64,000 bases of DNA. Source: Anaerohalosphaeraceae bacterium (GTDB lineage Bacteria; Planctomycetota; Phycisphaerae; Sedimentisphaerales; Anaerohalosphaeraceae). Location of the stretch: contig JBNRMN010000010.1 in the NCBI GenBank assembly GCA_050309605.1, forward strand, positions 1 to 64,000, given 5' to 3'. The notes below the pieces were generated by a model. It saw only the letters and a program-made list of their open reading frames with translations, searched no databases and was not told the DNA's origin. Position 1 is the first letter of the stretch. Each line of letters starts with the position of its first letter. This document shows positions 20,069 through 30,725 of the stretch, piece after piece. The position numbers and the translations under genes are program-made.

Positions 20069-22267
20069 ATGCAAAGCATAATCAAACGAATTGGTCTGGC
20101 AGTATTTTTTTTGACGGCGGCGACGGTCGGCTGCGCCGAATTACTTCGCGCGGAAGATTTTGATACCACGCCCGCCGGCAATATTGACGGTCGGGATGCG
20201 ACCGGTCTGCTGAGTGGTTTTTGGGATACAGAACCCGAAAGCACCGGCAACTGTGTCGTGGAAAGCATAGACGGCAGTCAGGTGATGCGTTGTATGACCA
20301 CAACCACCGGAGACCGACGCGGCGTGGCTTTGGCGGGAATTGAAAATCCGATTGAGGATACGGAATCGGGGACGTTGTTTTTTCGGTTTATGTTTCGGTC
20401 CGATTCCGAGATCATCAAGACCTATATGGGACTGCACGCTCTGACGGGAGCAAATCCGTTGCAAACTTCCCAGACGCAGAACCCCTGGGATTATATCACC
20501 GCCGGATTTGCCGCCCTGGACAACGGGTCGGGATTTGACATTAAAACAACCGACGGCTCGGTTACGCTGAAGGCCGGTTTGATGCGCGCTCAATGGTACG
20601 ATTGCTGGATTGTAGCCCATCATGCTGTTGGTACGTTTGACTTATATATCCGTCCTGCCGACGGCCCGGCCGGAGCGCCCATCCTGCCGACCGAAGAAGA
20701 CATTGTGGTTCGCGCGCAGCCTTTCGGCAGTTCGACAGCCGATCCGCTGACGGGGGCGATGTGGGTCTGTCCCGGCGTCAATAATGTTGATCCCCAGACC
20801 ACACGCATGTATCTTGATGAAATCTGGTGGGACGGCGATGAGGGGCTTGTGCTCAGAACCAAAGCGGCTCGCAATCCCGTTCCCGCCCACCGTGAAACAC
20901 AGGTTGCATTGGACAGCACGCTGTCATGGGATACTCCGGATGATCCGAATGTGGCCGAAGTGCTCGGCTACGATGTGTATCTGGACCCCAATGAAACAGA
21001 TGTCAGGGTCGGCGCCCCATCGGCGTTGGTCAGTACCGGGCAGTCGCTGACCTATTATGAGCCGCCTGTTGGTTTTGACTATGACACGGAGTACTTCTGG
21101 CGCGTCGAAACGACCGTTCGCATGGATGATCCGAATCAGACGGTATGGACGGCGCCGGGTGAAGTCTGGAGCTTTACGACGATGACGGCGCTGCCGGTAC
21201 TTACACAACAGCCCGTGAATGTGATCGCCTCGCCCGGCCAAACGGCGGAGTTTTCGGTTGCGGTCGAAAGCATCAAGCCGGTGTCTTTCCAGTGGTACAA
21301 ATCCCCCGATCGCGCCAACGATACTTTTGATGATGATGCGGCGGTGCCGGGTGCCGATGGACCGGCATTGATCCTGTCGAACATCTCGGCGGCGGATGAA
21401 GGTTTTTACTATTGCAGGGTGTCCAATCCGTCTGTTGCCTATTCCGAGGTTGCGGGGTTGGGAGTCAAGCGTGAATTGGCATACTGGACACTGAATAAAA
21501 GCGATTACGATGCGGTGAATGAGCTGTATCTCGACGCGACGGGCGGTTTTCATGCTGCGGTTGCGGTTGCCGGCAGCGTGCCGGTGTTTGTTGAGGGAGC
21601 GACCGACACTGTTACCGAAGGCGCTGTTGCTTTTGATCCGAATACCCGCGGCGTGGTCAGTTTGCTGAATCCGTCGGAGTTTACCGATCAGATGACGCTC
21701 AGCGCCTGGGTCAAGTGGGACGGCGGCCCGCTGGGCGAGTTCGGCAATGTCATCCTGCAAAAAGGCCAGACGTGGGAAACGCTGATGTGGACGTGGAAAC
21801 TTCGTCAAACCGGCGATGGTCGAGCCGGCGTGAGGTTTTATAACAATTACGGCTATTCAGCGCAAACGGACAATTTGATTGAAAGCAACGTATGGACACA
21901 TGTCTGTGCGACGTGGGACGGGATTGCTGGCCGTGTGTATATCAATGCGGCGTTGGCGGCAACCGATACCACAGGCGCTCTGGGGCCGGATACACTCGGC
22001 AACCTGCTGATTACGGGCACAGCCGATGACGATTTTCCGGGGGCGCTCGATGAGGTCCGCATTTACAACACGGCCTTTGATCCGGTTGAGATTGCGTATT
22101 TGTATGTTGATGTCAGCGGCATGTCGATATGTCTTGATCCGGATGATCCAATCCTGCAAATTTATGACTTCAACAATGATTGTGTTGTGAATCTGGCTGA
22201 TGTTGCGGAGATGGCATCGCACTGGCTGACGTGCCTGATGGTACCCGATTGCATAGAGCGGCCGTGA
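20069..22267 (+). CDS. tandem paralogue of 17773-19998 (secreted LamG/Ig/dockerin-like protein)
   Basis: ATG 20069 after AAGGGGG. Collinear with 17773 (GD.RGV....I.NP.E.TE.G.LFFRF; DGPAG...LPT; IDE..WDGD). Confidence 0.85.
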   Translation: MQSIIKRIGLAVFFLTAATVGCAELLRAEDFDTTPAGNIDGRDATGLLSGFWDTEPESTGNCVVESIDGSQVMRCMTTTTGDRRGVALAGIENPIEDTESGTLFFRFMFRSDSEIIKTYMGLHALTGANPLQTSQTQNPWDYITAGFAALDNGSGFDIKTTDGSVTLKAGLMRAQWYDCWIVAHHAVGTFDLYIRPADGPAGAPILPTEEDIVVRAQPFGSSTADPLTGAMWVCPGVNNVDPQTTRMYLDEIWWDGDEGLVLRTKAARNPVPAHRETQVALDSTLSWDTPDDPNVAEVLGYDVYLDPNETDVRVGAPSALVSTGQSLTYYEPPVGFDYDTEYFWRVETTVRMDDPNQTVWTAPGEVWSFTTMTALPVLTQQPVNVIASPGQTAEFSVAVESIKPVSFQWYKSPDRANDTFDDDAAVPGADGPALILSNISAADEGFYYCRVSNPSVAYSEVAGLGVKRELAYWTLNKSDYDAVNELYLDATGGFHAAVAVAGSVPVFVEGATDTVTEGAVAFDPNTRGVVSLLNPSEFTDQMTLSAWVKWDGGPLGEFGNVILQKGQTWETLMWTWKLRQTGDGRAGVRFYNNYGYSAQTDNLIESNVWTHVCATWDGIAGRVYINAALAATDTTGALGPDTLGNLLITGTADDDFPGALDEVRIYNTAFDPVEIAYLYVDVSGMSICLDPDDPILQIYDFNNDCVVNLADVAEMASHWLTCLMVPDCIERP

Positions 22268-22282
22268 CGGACATGATTTTTG

Positions 22283-22325
22283 GCGAGGCGGTTGCCGATG
22301 CTGCGGAACTGCCTCGCGAACTTTT
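22283..22325 (+). terminator. hairpin, possible terminator
   Basis: GCGAGGCGGTT...AACTGCCTCGC followed by GAACTTTT after the LamG trio. Confidence 0.45.
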
Positions 22326-22372
22326 GGATGTGGCGTTGAAACGTCAAGCGGGCGTGTTCTGTTGTTACTGAA

Positions 22373-25300
22373 ATGCAGAAATTTGATTATGGGGGTGTTA
22401 TGTACCGGATGACGGAGTTTGAAAATAAACCATTCTGTGTTGGCCGATGGCGGGTATTATACTTATGGTGTATATTGATTTCAGGCGGTATGTCGGTTGT
22501 TTACGGGGTTCAAAGTGAGTTGGCTTACATTGGTGATGACGGGCGGCTGACCTATGATCTTTACGCCAACGAGGGCGAAACAAATGCCGTCAATCGGCTT
22601 CCGGATTTTTCGTTTTGCGGTTATCAAGGCGGCGGCGTTGCCATTCCGGATGTGCCGGTGCGCGTGACAGTCCACCCTCAGACCGGCGACGACACGCAGC
22701 GTATTCAATCCGCCATCAATACGGTTTCGGCGTATCCGCCCGACGCTGATGGCTTCCGGGGCGCGGTGCGGCTCAGGGCGGGACGATACCAGGTCTCATC
22801 ATCGCTGAGCATCCAGGCAAGCGGGGTGGTGCTGCGAGGCGAAGGACAGGATATTCTGGGGACGGTACTGGAGGCCGTTACGCCATCGAACTATGATGTC
22901 ATTATTCTTGGCAGCGGAAGCGGCAGCTACGGTGTGCAAAACGGAACGGCGCGTACGATCACCACGTCGTATGTCCCCTCCGGAGCAATCAGCTTCGAAG
23001 TGGACAATGCAACCGGTTATTCGGTGGGCGAATTGATCATCGTTCAGCGCACCCCCAACCAGTTCTGGATTGATGACCTGGTGATGGGACAGTGGGGCTG
23101 GACGCCGAGCGGATATAATGTGGAGTATGAGCGATACATTACCGCTATTGCAGGCAATACGATCACTGTTGATGCACCGCTGGTTGATGTGATTCAGGAC
23201 AAGTACGGCGGCGGGCGGATTTATAAACCGACGACGATTTCCCGCATTCGCCAAAGCGGCGTTGAAAATCTGCGTATCGAGTCGTGTTACGCCGGAGATA
23301 CCGATGAAGAGCATCCCTGGAATGCCGTTCGGGTGCGTTATGCCGAAGACAGCTGGGTGCGCGGCGTGACGGCGCAGTATTTTGCCTATTCCTGCGTCAA
23401 TGTGTCTGCTTATGCAAGACGTATCACCGTTGAGGATTGTGCCTATGTCGATCCGAAGTCCATCGTGACCGGCGGCCGTCGATATTCCTTTAATCTTGAA
23501 AGCACGGCCACACGCATTCTCTTTCAACGGTGTTATTCGCATGAGTCCCGCCATGATTTTGTATTGGGTTCCAAGACGCGCGGCCCCAATGCCTTTGTCG
23601 ATTGTTACGCGGATCGGTCATTTGCCGACAGCGGGCCGCATCATCGCTGGTCCACCGGTGCTTTGTTTGATAATGTGTATTCGAGTAATACGCTGGCGGT
23701 GGAAAACCGCCAAAGCAGCGGTTCCGGCCACGGCTGGTCGGGCGCCCAAATGATATTCTGGAACTGCCAGGCGACGAATCAGAAATGCGATACTCCCAAA
23801 GGTGCGATGAATTTCGCCATCGGTTCTAACGCCAATAAACGCGAAGGCTCCTGGGCGCCGGAAGAGCCGTTCGGCTGGTGGGAACATCAATGGCAGGTGG
23901 TTGTTCCCCGTAGCTTATATTTTCAGCAGTTGGCGGACCGACAGGGGATGACAGCGGTTAATGCCGTCACATTGCCTGCGCAGAGAGAAGGGCGCATCTG
24001 GGATGCCTTGTCGGCATGGAAAGGGAAAGATCGCTTTCAGCCCAGTCCACTGAGGGAAAACCCCAAAGACCGGCCACTGGACATCGGTTCTGCGGTTCTC
24101 TTTGAAGTTGTTCCCCGGCCGGGTGCCGTGGTTGTCGAATACCAATGGTATGAAGTATCCGATTCCGATTACATTAGGGTCGGAGTCAATAGTCCGCTGC
24201 TGATCCTGCCGAACGCCCAGGCCTCTGACTTCGGACGGACGTTTTTCTGCCGTGTGGTCACCGACAAGGGACCCTACTGGTCGGAGCGGGCGAAAATCGC
24301 GAATGTGGCCGGTCAAACCAATATCGCTTTGGCCCAGCCTACCCTTGCCAGCAGTGTGTACGGCAGCAGTTATACCGCCGACAAGGCCGTCGATGGCGCA
24401 AATAATACATTTTGGAATTCCGCAGCGTCGGATGATTTCCCCTGGTGGGCGGTGAATTTGCAGCAACTGTATCCTGTTGCCGGTGTGACCTTTGTCAATC
24501 GAGCGACATCGACGACGTCGCTGCTGGCGCGGCTGAGCGATTTGCAGGTGGATGTATTGGACGGCCAATGGCCGGAATATGAGGTGGTTTTTACGTCCGG
24601 CCTGATCAATCCGGGCAACGTGATGAACATTCAGAACGACGGCTCAAACGGACAGTTGACATATTATCTGCCCACACCGGCAACAGGCCGTTATGTGCGA
24701 GTATCCAAGCTGACCGGTCCGGATCGGAGTTACTCGGATACCCAGGCCAACATCGCGGAGATTCAAATCTATGCCGCGCTAACTATTCCGACAGCACCGC
24801 AGCAACTGACGGCTCAGCCGGATGATGGGAAGATTACCCTAAGCTGGCAAGAAGTTGACGACCCTGATATTTCCGGATATGTGGTCTATCGTTCCGAGAC
24901 GGAAGGCGGGGGCTATGTACGCATCGCAGAGGGGCTGGCCGAATCTGTTTATATTGACGAGGATGGATTGAACATAGACCAGCGTTATTATTATCGTATT
25001 CGTGCAGAAAACGGTGCCGGGCATTTGTCGAACTTATCCGATGAAGTGTCTGCGATACCGCAGTTTTCTCCCGCGACGCCGAGAGGCATCGGCGCCGCCG
25101 GCGGCGACGGCGTTGTGCAGCTTGTCTGGGAGCCGAATACCCAGCCTGACTTTTCGTATTATACGTTGTATCGCAGTCGGCGTGCCGATGCTGATTTCCG
25201 TCCGATTGCCGAAGGGTTGACGGGGTGCGATTACCTGGATGAAAGCGTCGAAAATGCTAAGACGTACTATTACACGCTCACCGCCACGAACGCAGAAGGG

Positions 25301-26299
25301 ACGGAATCGATGTTTTGTAAGCCGGTGGCGGTAATTCCGAATGTCTCGGCGTTTTTTCCTGTGAACGTTGCGTTACACAAACCGACGACGGCCAGCAGTT
25401 ATTACGCCGATGCAGCGCCGGCATACGTTGTCGATGGTCAGATTCTGGATTATCCTTACATTTGGCACTCAGCGCGGTTTGACACGGATTTGCAGCCGTG
25501 GATACAGATTGATCTGGAGGCGACTTTTATAATTGAGCGCGTCTTGATTTATAACCGTGCCCACCCCGGCACCTATTCGCGCAATCGCGATTTTGATTTG
25601 GATATTCTGGATGAGCAGGGGAGATTGGTCTGGTCAAACTATGATGAAACGACCGGTCGGGGTGAATTGATCAATCAGGGCAACTGGATGAACAGTCCGG
25701 CGATGATTGATTATATCGTGCCTTATAACGCTTCGGGGCGTTATATTGTACTGACCAAACGCAGCAATTTGGCGGGGGATGCGGCCACAGCCAATATATC
25801 GGAAATTGAGGTTTGTCGGAGACTTTCAGTCTCGCCGGTCACCGGTGTGGCGGTTCAGGCCGGGGCAAGGTCGGTGCAGCTACAGTGGGACAGCCACCCC
25901 GATACGGCGGCGGATTTTCGTATTTATCGACGCAGCGAAACCGACAGCGAGTATCTGTTGCTGGGCCATAGCGGAGGGCTGAATACGTTTAGGGACGATA
26001 CGGCGAAGTGGGGGGAGCTGTATTATTATATGATTACAGCGGTGGACGGCGGGGGCAACGAGTCCGGATACTCCGAGGAGCAGCCGGCGATATGGGTTCT
26101 CGCGGCCGATTTGAACGATGATGGAAAGGTGGATATGGAAGACTTCGCCGTTTTCAGCCGCCAATGGCTGACGGAGGATTCGATTCCTTCGGCCGATAAT
26201 GCGTTTGAAGACGGCGACAGCGTTGTCGATATCGATGATTTAATTATCTTGATAGAACAATGGTTGATGATCAATTTTATCGAAAGGACAGGTTCATGA
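22373..26299 (+). CDS. modular secreted enzyme: beta-helix catalytic domain - Ig - F5/8(discoidin) - FN3 x2 - F5/8 - FN3 - double dockerin-like
   Basis: The N-terminal domain is homologous to 7938 (DFSFCGYQGGG, HHRWSTGALFDNV, GSGHGWS). NIALAQP/NVALHKP F5/8 starts, GYVVYRS/YYYRIRA FN3 and ADLNDDGKVDMEDF...WL. Confidence 0.8.
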   Translation: MQKFDYGGVMYRMTEFENKPFCVGRWRVLYLWCILISGGMSVVYGVQSELAYIGDDGRLTYDLYANEGETNAVNRLPDFSFCGYQGGGVAIPDVPVRVTVHPQTGDDTQRIQSAINTVSAYPPDADGFRGAVRLRAGRYQVSSSLSIQASGVVLRGEGQDILGTVLEAVTPSNYDVIILGSGSGSYGVQNGTARTITTSYVPSGAISFEVDNATGYSVGELIIVQRTPNQFWIDDLVMGQWGWTPSGYNVEYERYITAIAGNTITVDAPLVDVIQDKYGGGRIYKPTTISRIRQSGVENLRIESCYAGDTDEEHPWNAVRVRYAEDSWVRGVTAQYFAYSCVNVSAYARRITVEDCAYVDPKSIVTGGRRYSFNLESTATRILFQRCYSHESRHDFVLGSKTRGPNAFVDCYADRSFADSGPHHRWSTGALFDNVYSSNTLAVENRQSSGSGHGWSGAQMIFWNCQATNQKCDTPKGAMNFAIGSNANKREGSWAPEEPFGWWEHQWQVVVPRSLYFQQLADRQGMTAVNAVTLPAQREGRIWDALSAWKGKDRFQPSPLRENPKDRPLDIGSAVLFEVVPRPGAVVVEYQWYEVSDSDYIRVGVNSPLLILPNAQASDFGRTFFCRVVTDKGPYWSERAKIANVAGQTNIALAQPTLASSVYGSSYTADKAVDGANNTFWNSAASDDFPWWAVNLQQLYPVAGVTFVNRATSTTSLLARLSDLQVDVLDGQWPEYEVVFTSGLINPGNVMNIQNDGSNGQLTYYLPTPATGRYVRVSKLTGPDRSYSDTQANIAEIQIYAALTIPTAPQQLTAQPDDGKITLSWQEVDDPDISGYVVYRSETEGGGYVRIAEGLAESVYIDEDGLNIDQRYYYRIRAENGAGHLSNLSDEVSAIPQFSPATPRGIGAAGGDGVVQLVWEPNTQPDFSYYTLYRSRRADADFRPIAEGLTGCDYLDESVENAKTYYYTLTATNAEGTESMFCKPVAVIPNVSAFFPVNVALHKPTTASSYYADAAPAYVVDGQILDYPYIWHSARFDTDLQPWIQIDLEATFIIERVLIYNRAHPGTYSRNRDFDLDILDEQGRLVWSNYDETTGRGELINQGNWMNSPAMIDYIVPYNASGRYIVLTKRSNLAGDAATANISEIEVCRRLSVSPVTGVAVQAGARSVQLQWDSHPDTAADFRIYRRSETDSEYLLLGHSGGLNTFRDDTAKWGELYYYMITAVDGGGNESGYSEEQPAIWVLAADLNDDGKVDMEDFAVFSRQWLTEDSIPSADNAFEDGDSVVDIDDLIILIEQWLMINFIERTGS

Positions 26300-28182
26300 G
26301 GACGTTACACAGGCCAGGACGTTTATTTCTTGCGGCAATCCTTATCACATTCGGTGCGGCTGGCATCAGTGCTGCGGCGGATTATTCGATTGTCTCACCG
26401 GACGGGAATATCACAGTTACGGTGATGCACAATCAGGATGACGGGACGTTGTCCTATCGTGTTGAAAGCCGAGGCCGTGAAATTATTTCAACCAGTCCTG
26501 TCGGCATCCATACCAGCCGAGGAGATTTTCGCTCCGGATTGACGTTTGGAAACCGATCAATCGACACGATTGATGAAACCTTTACTCTGCCGCACGGGAA
26601 GGTATCAACCTATCGGAACCATGCCAACGAACAAACCTTGCGGCTGAGCAGGGACGGGCAGGCGATCCACATTCTGTTTCGCGCCTACAATGACGGCGTC
26701 GCCTTTTGCTTCGTCATCCCCGGCAGCGGAGACATTGAGTTTTTTGAGGAAAACAGCGTCATCCGTTTGGCCGGACGGAATTTTACATATTGGGGACAGC
26801 AGCACCCCAATCGATACGGCTACGAGGGATCGCTGGGGCCGATCGACGGCGAACGTTTGTCCATTCCGGTACTGTCCCACATGAAAGACCGCGACCACTA
26901 TGTGTTGATGGGACAGGCGGCCACTTATGGGCATTATATTCAGCCGCATTTTGAACGTTCAGGATCGGCCTTTTACTTCCGCTTTCCGCTGGATCAGTCG
27001 CGGGTCGGTCCGGTTCGCAGCACGCTCCCGTTCCAGTCGCCGTGGCGAATGATCATTATTTCGCCGAATACACCGGCTCGGATTGTGGAGTCCTGTTTGG
27101 TGGAAAATCTCAATCCTTCCACCGATCCGAGGCTGCTGAATCCTGATGGAACAGTCAAATCATGGGTTCGCCCCGGCCGGGTGATGTGGGATTTTATTGC
27201 CGGCGACAGAGACAAGCCGGCGATGTGGGTGGATTTGGCCGCCGAGATGGGCTGGGAGTACTATTTGGCTGATGCGGGGTTTGCCAATCGCTGGGGCGGC
27301 GGGCAGGCCGTTCGCCAAGCAGCCCAATACGCCGCTTCGAAGCATGTTGGTATTATCGGCTGGGCGCATACGCGCGATTATGACACCTATGAAAAGGCCG
27401 CCGCCAATATGCGCCGCTATGCCGAGTGGGGACTCAAGGGCGCCAAGATTGATTTCTTTGATCATAACACGCTCGATGAGAATTCGAGAGAGTGGCGCGA
27501 TTATGAGGACACGCAGCGAAGTCTTCAGATGCGCGACTGGATATTTGAGTTGGGCATCGAGAACCAATTTTTGCTGGAACTGCACGGCAATACCATGCCG
27601 ACCGGTGAACGACGACGCTATCCTCATCTGATGACGCTTGAAGGCGTTGACGGAATGGAGCGAAGAACCAAGCCCGCCGCCAACGACCTGACGATTCCCT
27701 ATGTGCGAAATGTGATGGGACCGGTCAGTTACACCGTTATCCATTTTGACCGGTCGCCGGGGTCCCATGCCTATCAAATGGCGATGCCCATTGTTTACGA
27801 AGCCGGAATGATGATTTATGCCGAACACGGACAAAAGCTGCTTGACTGGCCCGGCAGAGAGATGATTCAGGATGTTCCGTCTGCGTGGGACGAAACCCGA
27901 TTCATCGAGGGCAGGCCCGCTGAATACATTATTATAGCCCGGCGAAAAGGACAGGACTGGTTCGTTGCCGGTATGACCGAGGAAGCACGTACGGCCGACA
28001 TTTCTTTGAAGTTTCTGTCTGAGGGGCGCGACTATGCCGCTCTTCTCTTTAAGGATGAAACGCATACCACAATGGGCAGAGAAAGACGAATCGTAAAGCA
28101 AACAACCACATTGTCTATTCCCATGCGGCAGCGGGGCGGCTTTGCCATACGCCTCAGTCCTGATACCCCTGCGGCACCTTAA
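26296..28182 (+). CDS. GH97 glycoside hydrolase (KIDF type, probably retaining, alpha-galactosidase-like)
   Basis: ATGA overlap with the upstream gene. SPDG, RAYNDGVAF, SPWR, KIDFF, HG...PTG..R.YP...T.EGV.G.E, WDET and ARRKG..WF. Confidence 0.85.
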   Translation: MRTLHRPGRLFLAAILITFGAAGISAAADYSIVSPDGNITVTVMHNQDDGTLSYRVESRGREIISTSPVGIHTSRGDFRSGLTFGNRSIDTIDETFTLPHGKVSTYRNHANEQTLRLSRDGQAIHILFRAYNDGVAFCFVIPGSGDIEFFEENSVIRLAGRNFTYWGQQHPNRYGYEGSLGPIDGERLSIPVLSHMKDRDHYVLMGQAATYGHYIQPHFERSGSAFYFRFPLDQSRVGPVRSTLPFQSPWRMIIISPNTPARIVESCLVENLNPSTDPRLLNPDGTVKSWVRPGRVMWDFIAGDRDKPAMWVDLAAEMGWEYYLADAGFANRWGGGQAVRQAAQYAASKHVGIIGWAHTRDYDTYEKAAANMRRYAEWGLKGAKIDFFDHNTLDENSREWRDYEDTQRSLQMRDWIFELGIENQFLLELHGNTMPTGERRRYPHLMTLEGVDGMERRTKPAANDLTIPYVRNVMGPVSYTVIHFDRSPGSHAYQMAMPIVYEAGMMIYAEHGQKLLDWPGREMIQDVPSAWDETRFIEGRPAEYIIIARRKGQDWFVAGMTEEARTADISLKFLSEGRDYAALLFKDETHTTMGRERRIVKQTTTLSIPMRQRGGFAIRLSPDTPAAP

Positions 28183-28211
28183 AGAATGCGGCGGCGGAAG
28201 GGTATTTTGAG

Positions 28212-30725
28212 ATGGAAGTCTATATGCAGGAGAGATGCAATATGTTCAAATCGGCTTTTTGTCAGTATGCGGCCTGTATCATTGCCGCGGCGGGCTTTGT
28301 TTGCGCGACCCACGCCGCGACGTATGAAGTGAATTCCATTGCCGCACTCCAGTCGCGCATCAACAGCGCCATGCCGGGCGACCGGATACTTGTTGCCGAC
28401 GGGACTTATACCACGTCCGCTTCGATTACGATCAATCGGGTCGGCACGGCGGTGCAGCCGATTGTGATTGAAGCGGAGTCCATCGGCGGCGTCGAGATCG
28501 CGGGAACGCATGGGTTTACTCTGAACAGTCCGGCTGCTTACATTCATATCCGCGGGTTTAAATTTACCCATCCGGCCGGACGAAACACCATCAACAGCGG
28601 AGCAACCCACTGTCGTTTCACGCGAAATATTTTTGAATGTACCGGTACGGGTAATTTCCTTCTTGTTGCCGGTCATGATGCCGAAATTGACCGCAATGAG
28701 TTCCGTAACAAAAGCACTGACGGCAATATGATCGACGTACGCGGTTCAGGCAGCCAGATTGCCCGTCGCGTTTGGATTCATCACAACTATTTCCGTGATT
28801 TTTTGCCGTCCGGTTCGGGCGACGCTGAAACGATTCGCTTTGGTCTGAGCGGTTTGAGTATGTCCACCGGCGACGGACTGATCGAATACAATCTGTTTGT
28901 CAACTGCCGCGGCGAGAACGAACTGATTTCGAACAAATCCAGCGGCAATATCTACCGCTACAACACCTTCCTGAATTCGGCAGGCGCCCAACTGACCCTG
29001 CGCCACGGCAATGACTGTCTGGCGTACGGCAATTATTTTCGCGGCACCGATGGTCTGCGGGTTTTCGGCGACCGTCACGTGATTTTCTCCAATTATTTTG
29101 AAGGCAACACGCAAGGTGTTCAGATGGGCAACGGCGGCGGTGAGGTGGCCGACGGTGATCCGCTGACGAGCCATGACCGACCCGACGATGTGGTTGTCGC
29201 CTTCAATACATTTATCAATAACAACACGCATTATCGCATGTCCGGCCGTACCAATGGTCTGGGCGCTGTAAATATCACAGTTGCCAACAATATCTTTCAG
29301 GGCGGTGGAACGGTAGCCAGCCTCAACGGTCCTTATACCGGCTCGTGGCTCGGCAATATTCGCTGGAACACCGGCAGTGCCGGCGACATGCCGTCCAGCG
29401 GCTATCAGATTGTCAATCCGCTTCTGTCGCCCGATGCAAACGGCGTCTATCATCTTCAGGCGGGCAGTCCGGCCATCGATGCAGCTCTTGGTGCGTTTCC
29501 GCTTGTTACGGTCGATATGGACGGCCAGCCGCGGGACGCCAATCCTGACATCGGGGCGGACGAGTTTTCCGATGCGCCCGTGATCGCCCGGATTCTGACG
29601 GTTGCCGATGTGGGCCCCTTTTCCAATCTGCTTCCCTTCGACCCCGATACGCCGACCGATCAGCCGTTGACCGTCGGCGATGATGTGGTTTTTCGGGTTA
29701 TTCCTTTGCCCGACGTCACGGTGCTGAGCGCACAATGGTTTGAAGTAACGTCGTCAGGACAGATTGCCGTCGGCACCGATGCGCTCACACTGACCCTCCC
29801 CAAGGTGCGAAAAACGGATGCGGGAAGAAAGTTTTTCTGTCGTGTCACCACGGCCCGGGGCACGTTTACGTCCCGCACGGCGGAGATTCGTTCACCGCAT
29901 ACGGATTTGGTTATGCATTTGACTTTTGACGACGGCACGGCAAACGATCTTTCCGGACGTGGAAACCACGGTATCTTGATGAATGGCGCCGCCGTTGTCA
30001 ATGATCCGGATCGCGGTTATGTCTTGCAATTGGATGGGGTGGATGATTATGTTGATGCGGGGACGGCCGATTCTCTGGATCTCAGTGTTCGCGGACAGGC
30101 AACGCTGGCGGCATGGATTAAAATGACAAACAGCAAGGTTCATCATGCCGTTATCACCAAGGGCGAATGGAAGGACGCATACTCCCTGCTGATTAAAGGC
30201 GACACCGGCGATGTCCTCTGGACCGGTAATCCTGTCTCGGTTTTTTCGTCCGATCCGATTCCGACGGGTATCTGGACGCATGTGGCGGTGGTGATTACCG
30301 GCAGTCTGGCCACTTTTTATATTAACGGACAGGCCTCCGGGCCGGCCAATCAGAATCGGGGCGGCCCGATCAACAGCAATCCGCTTCATCGTCTCCAGAT
30401 TGGCCGCGAGGACCGCAGTACCGACGGCACATTGGCTCGATGGTATTTTGACGGGCTTATGGATGATGTTCGACTATACGCCGCGGCGCTGACGGACTCC
30501 GATATTCGGCATATTATGAATCCTCCCCCGGCCGCCGACATCAATGGTGACGGACGGATTGATTGGAGCGACTTTTGCTATATCAGTGCTCAATGGGATA
30601 CCGACGGTGCATTCAACCCTTCAGCCGACATTGCGCCCCCTCAGGGGGATGGTCGGGTGGACATGGACGATCTGAGTATATTGATTCAACAATGGCTGAC
30701 AATGAATGAAAGGACATCATGGTAA
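28212..30725 (+). CDS. PL6/chondroitinase-B-like polysaccharide lyase with Ig, LamG and double dockerin-like domains
   Basis: [42 protein letters not shown], LamG and [14 protein letters not shown]. Confidence 0.8.
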   Translation: MEVYMQERCNMFKSAFCQYAACIIAAAGFVCATHAATYEVNSIAALQSRINSAMPGDRILVADGTYTTSASITINRVGTAVQPIVIEAESIGGVEIAGTHGFTLNSPAAYIHIRGFKFTHPAGRNTINSGATHCRFTRNIFECTGTGNFLLVAGHDAEIDRNEFRNKSTDGNMIDVRGSGSQIARRVWIHHNYFRDFLPSGSGDAETIRFGLSGLSMSTGDGLIEYNLFVNCRGENELISNKSSGNIYRYNTFLNSAGAQLTLRHGNDCLAYGNYFRGTDGLRVFGDRHVIFSNYFEGNTQGVQMGNGGGEVADGDPLTSHDRPDDVVVAFNTFINNNTHYRMSGRTNGLGAVNITVANNIFQGGGTVASLNGPYTGSWLGNIRWNTGSAGDMPSSGYQIVNPLLSPDANGVYHLQAGSPAIDAALGAFPLVTVDMDGQPRDANPDIGADEFSDAPVIARILTVADVGPFSNLLPFDPDTPTDQPLTVGDDVVFRVIPLPDVTVLSAQWFEVTSSGQIAVGTDALTLTLPKVRKTDAGRKFFCRVTTARGTFTSRTAEIRSPHTDLVMHLTFDDGTANDLSGRGNHGILMNGAAVVNDPDRGYVLQLDGVDDYVDAGTADSLDLSVRGQATLAAWIKMTNSKVHHAVITKGEWKDAYSLLIKGDTGDVLWTGNPVSVFSSDPIPTGIWTHVAVVITGSLATFYINGQASGPANQNRGGPINSNPLHRLQIGREDRSTDGTLARWYFDGLMDDVRLYAAALTDSDIRHIMNPPPAADINGDGRIDWSDFCYISAQWDTDGAFNPSADIAPPQGDGRVDMDDLSILIQQWLTMNERTSW

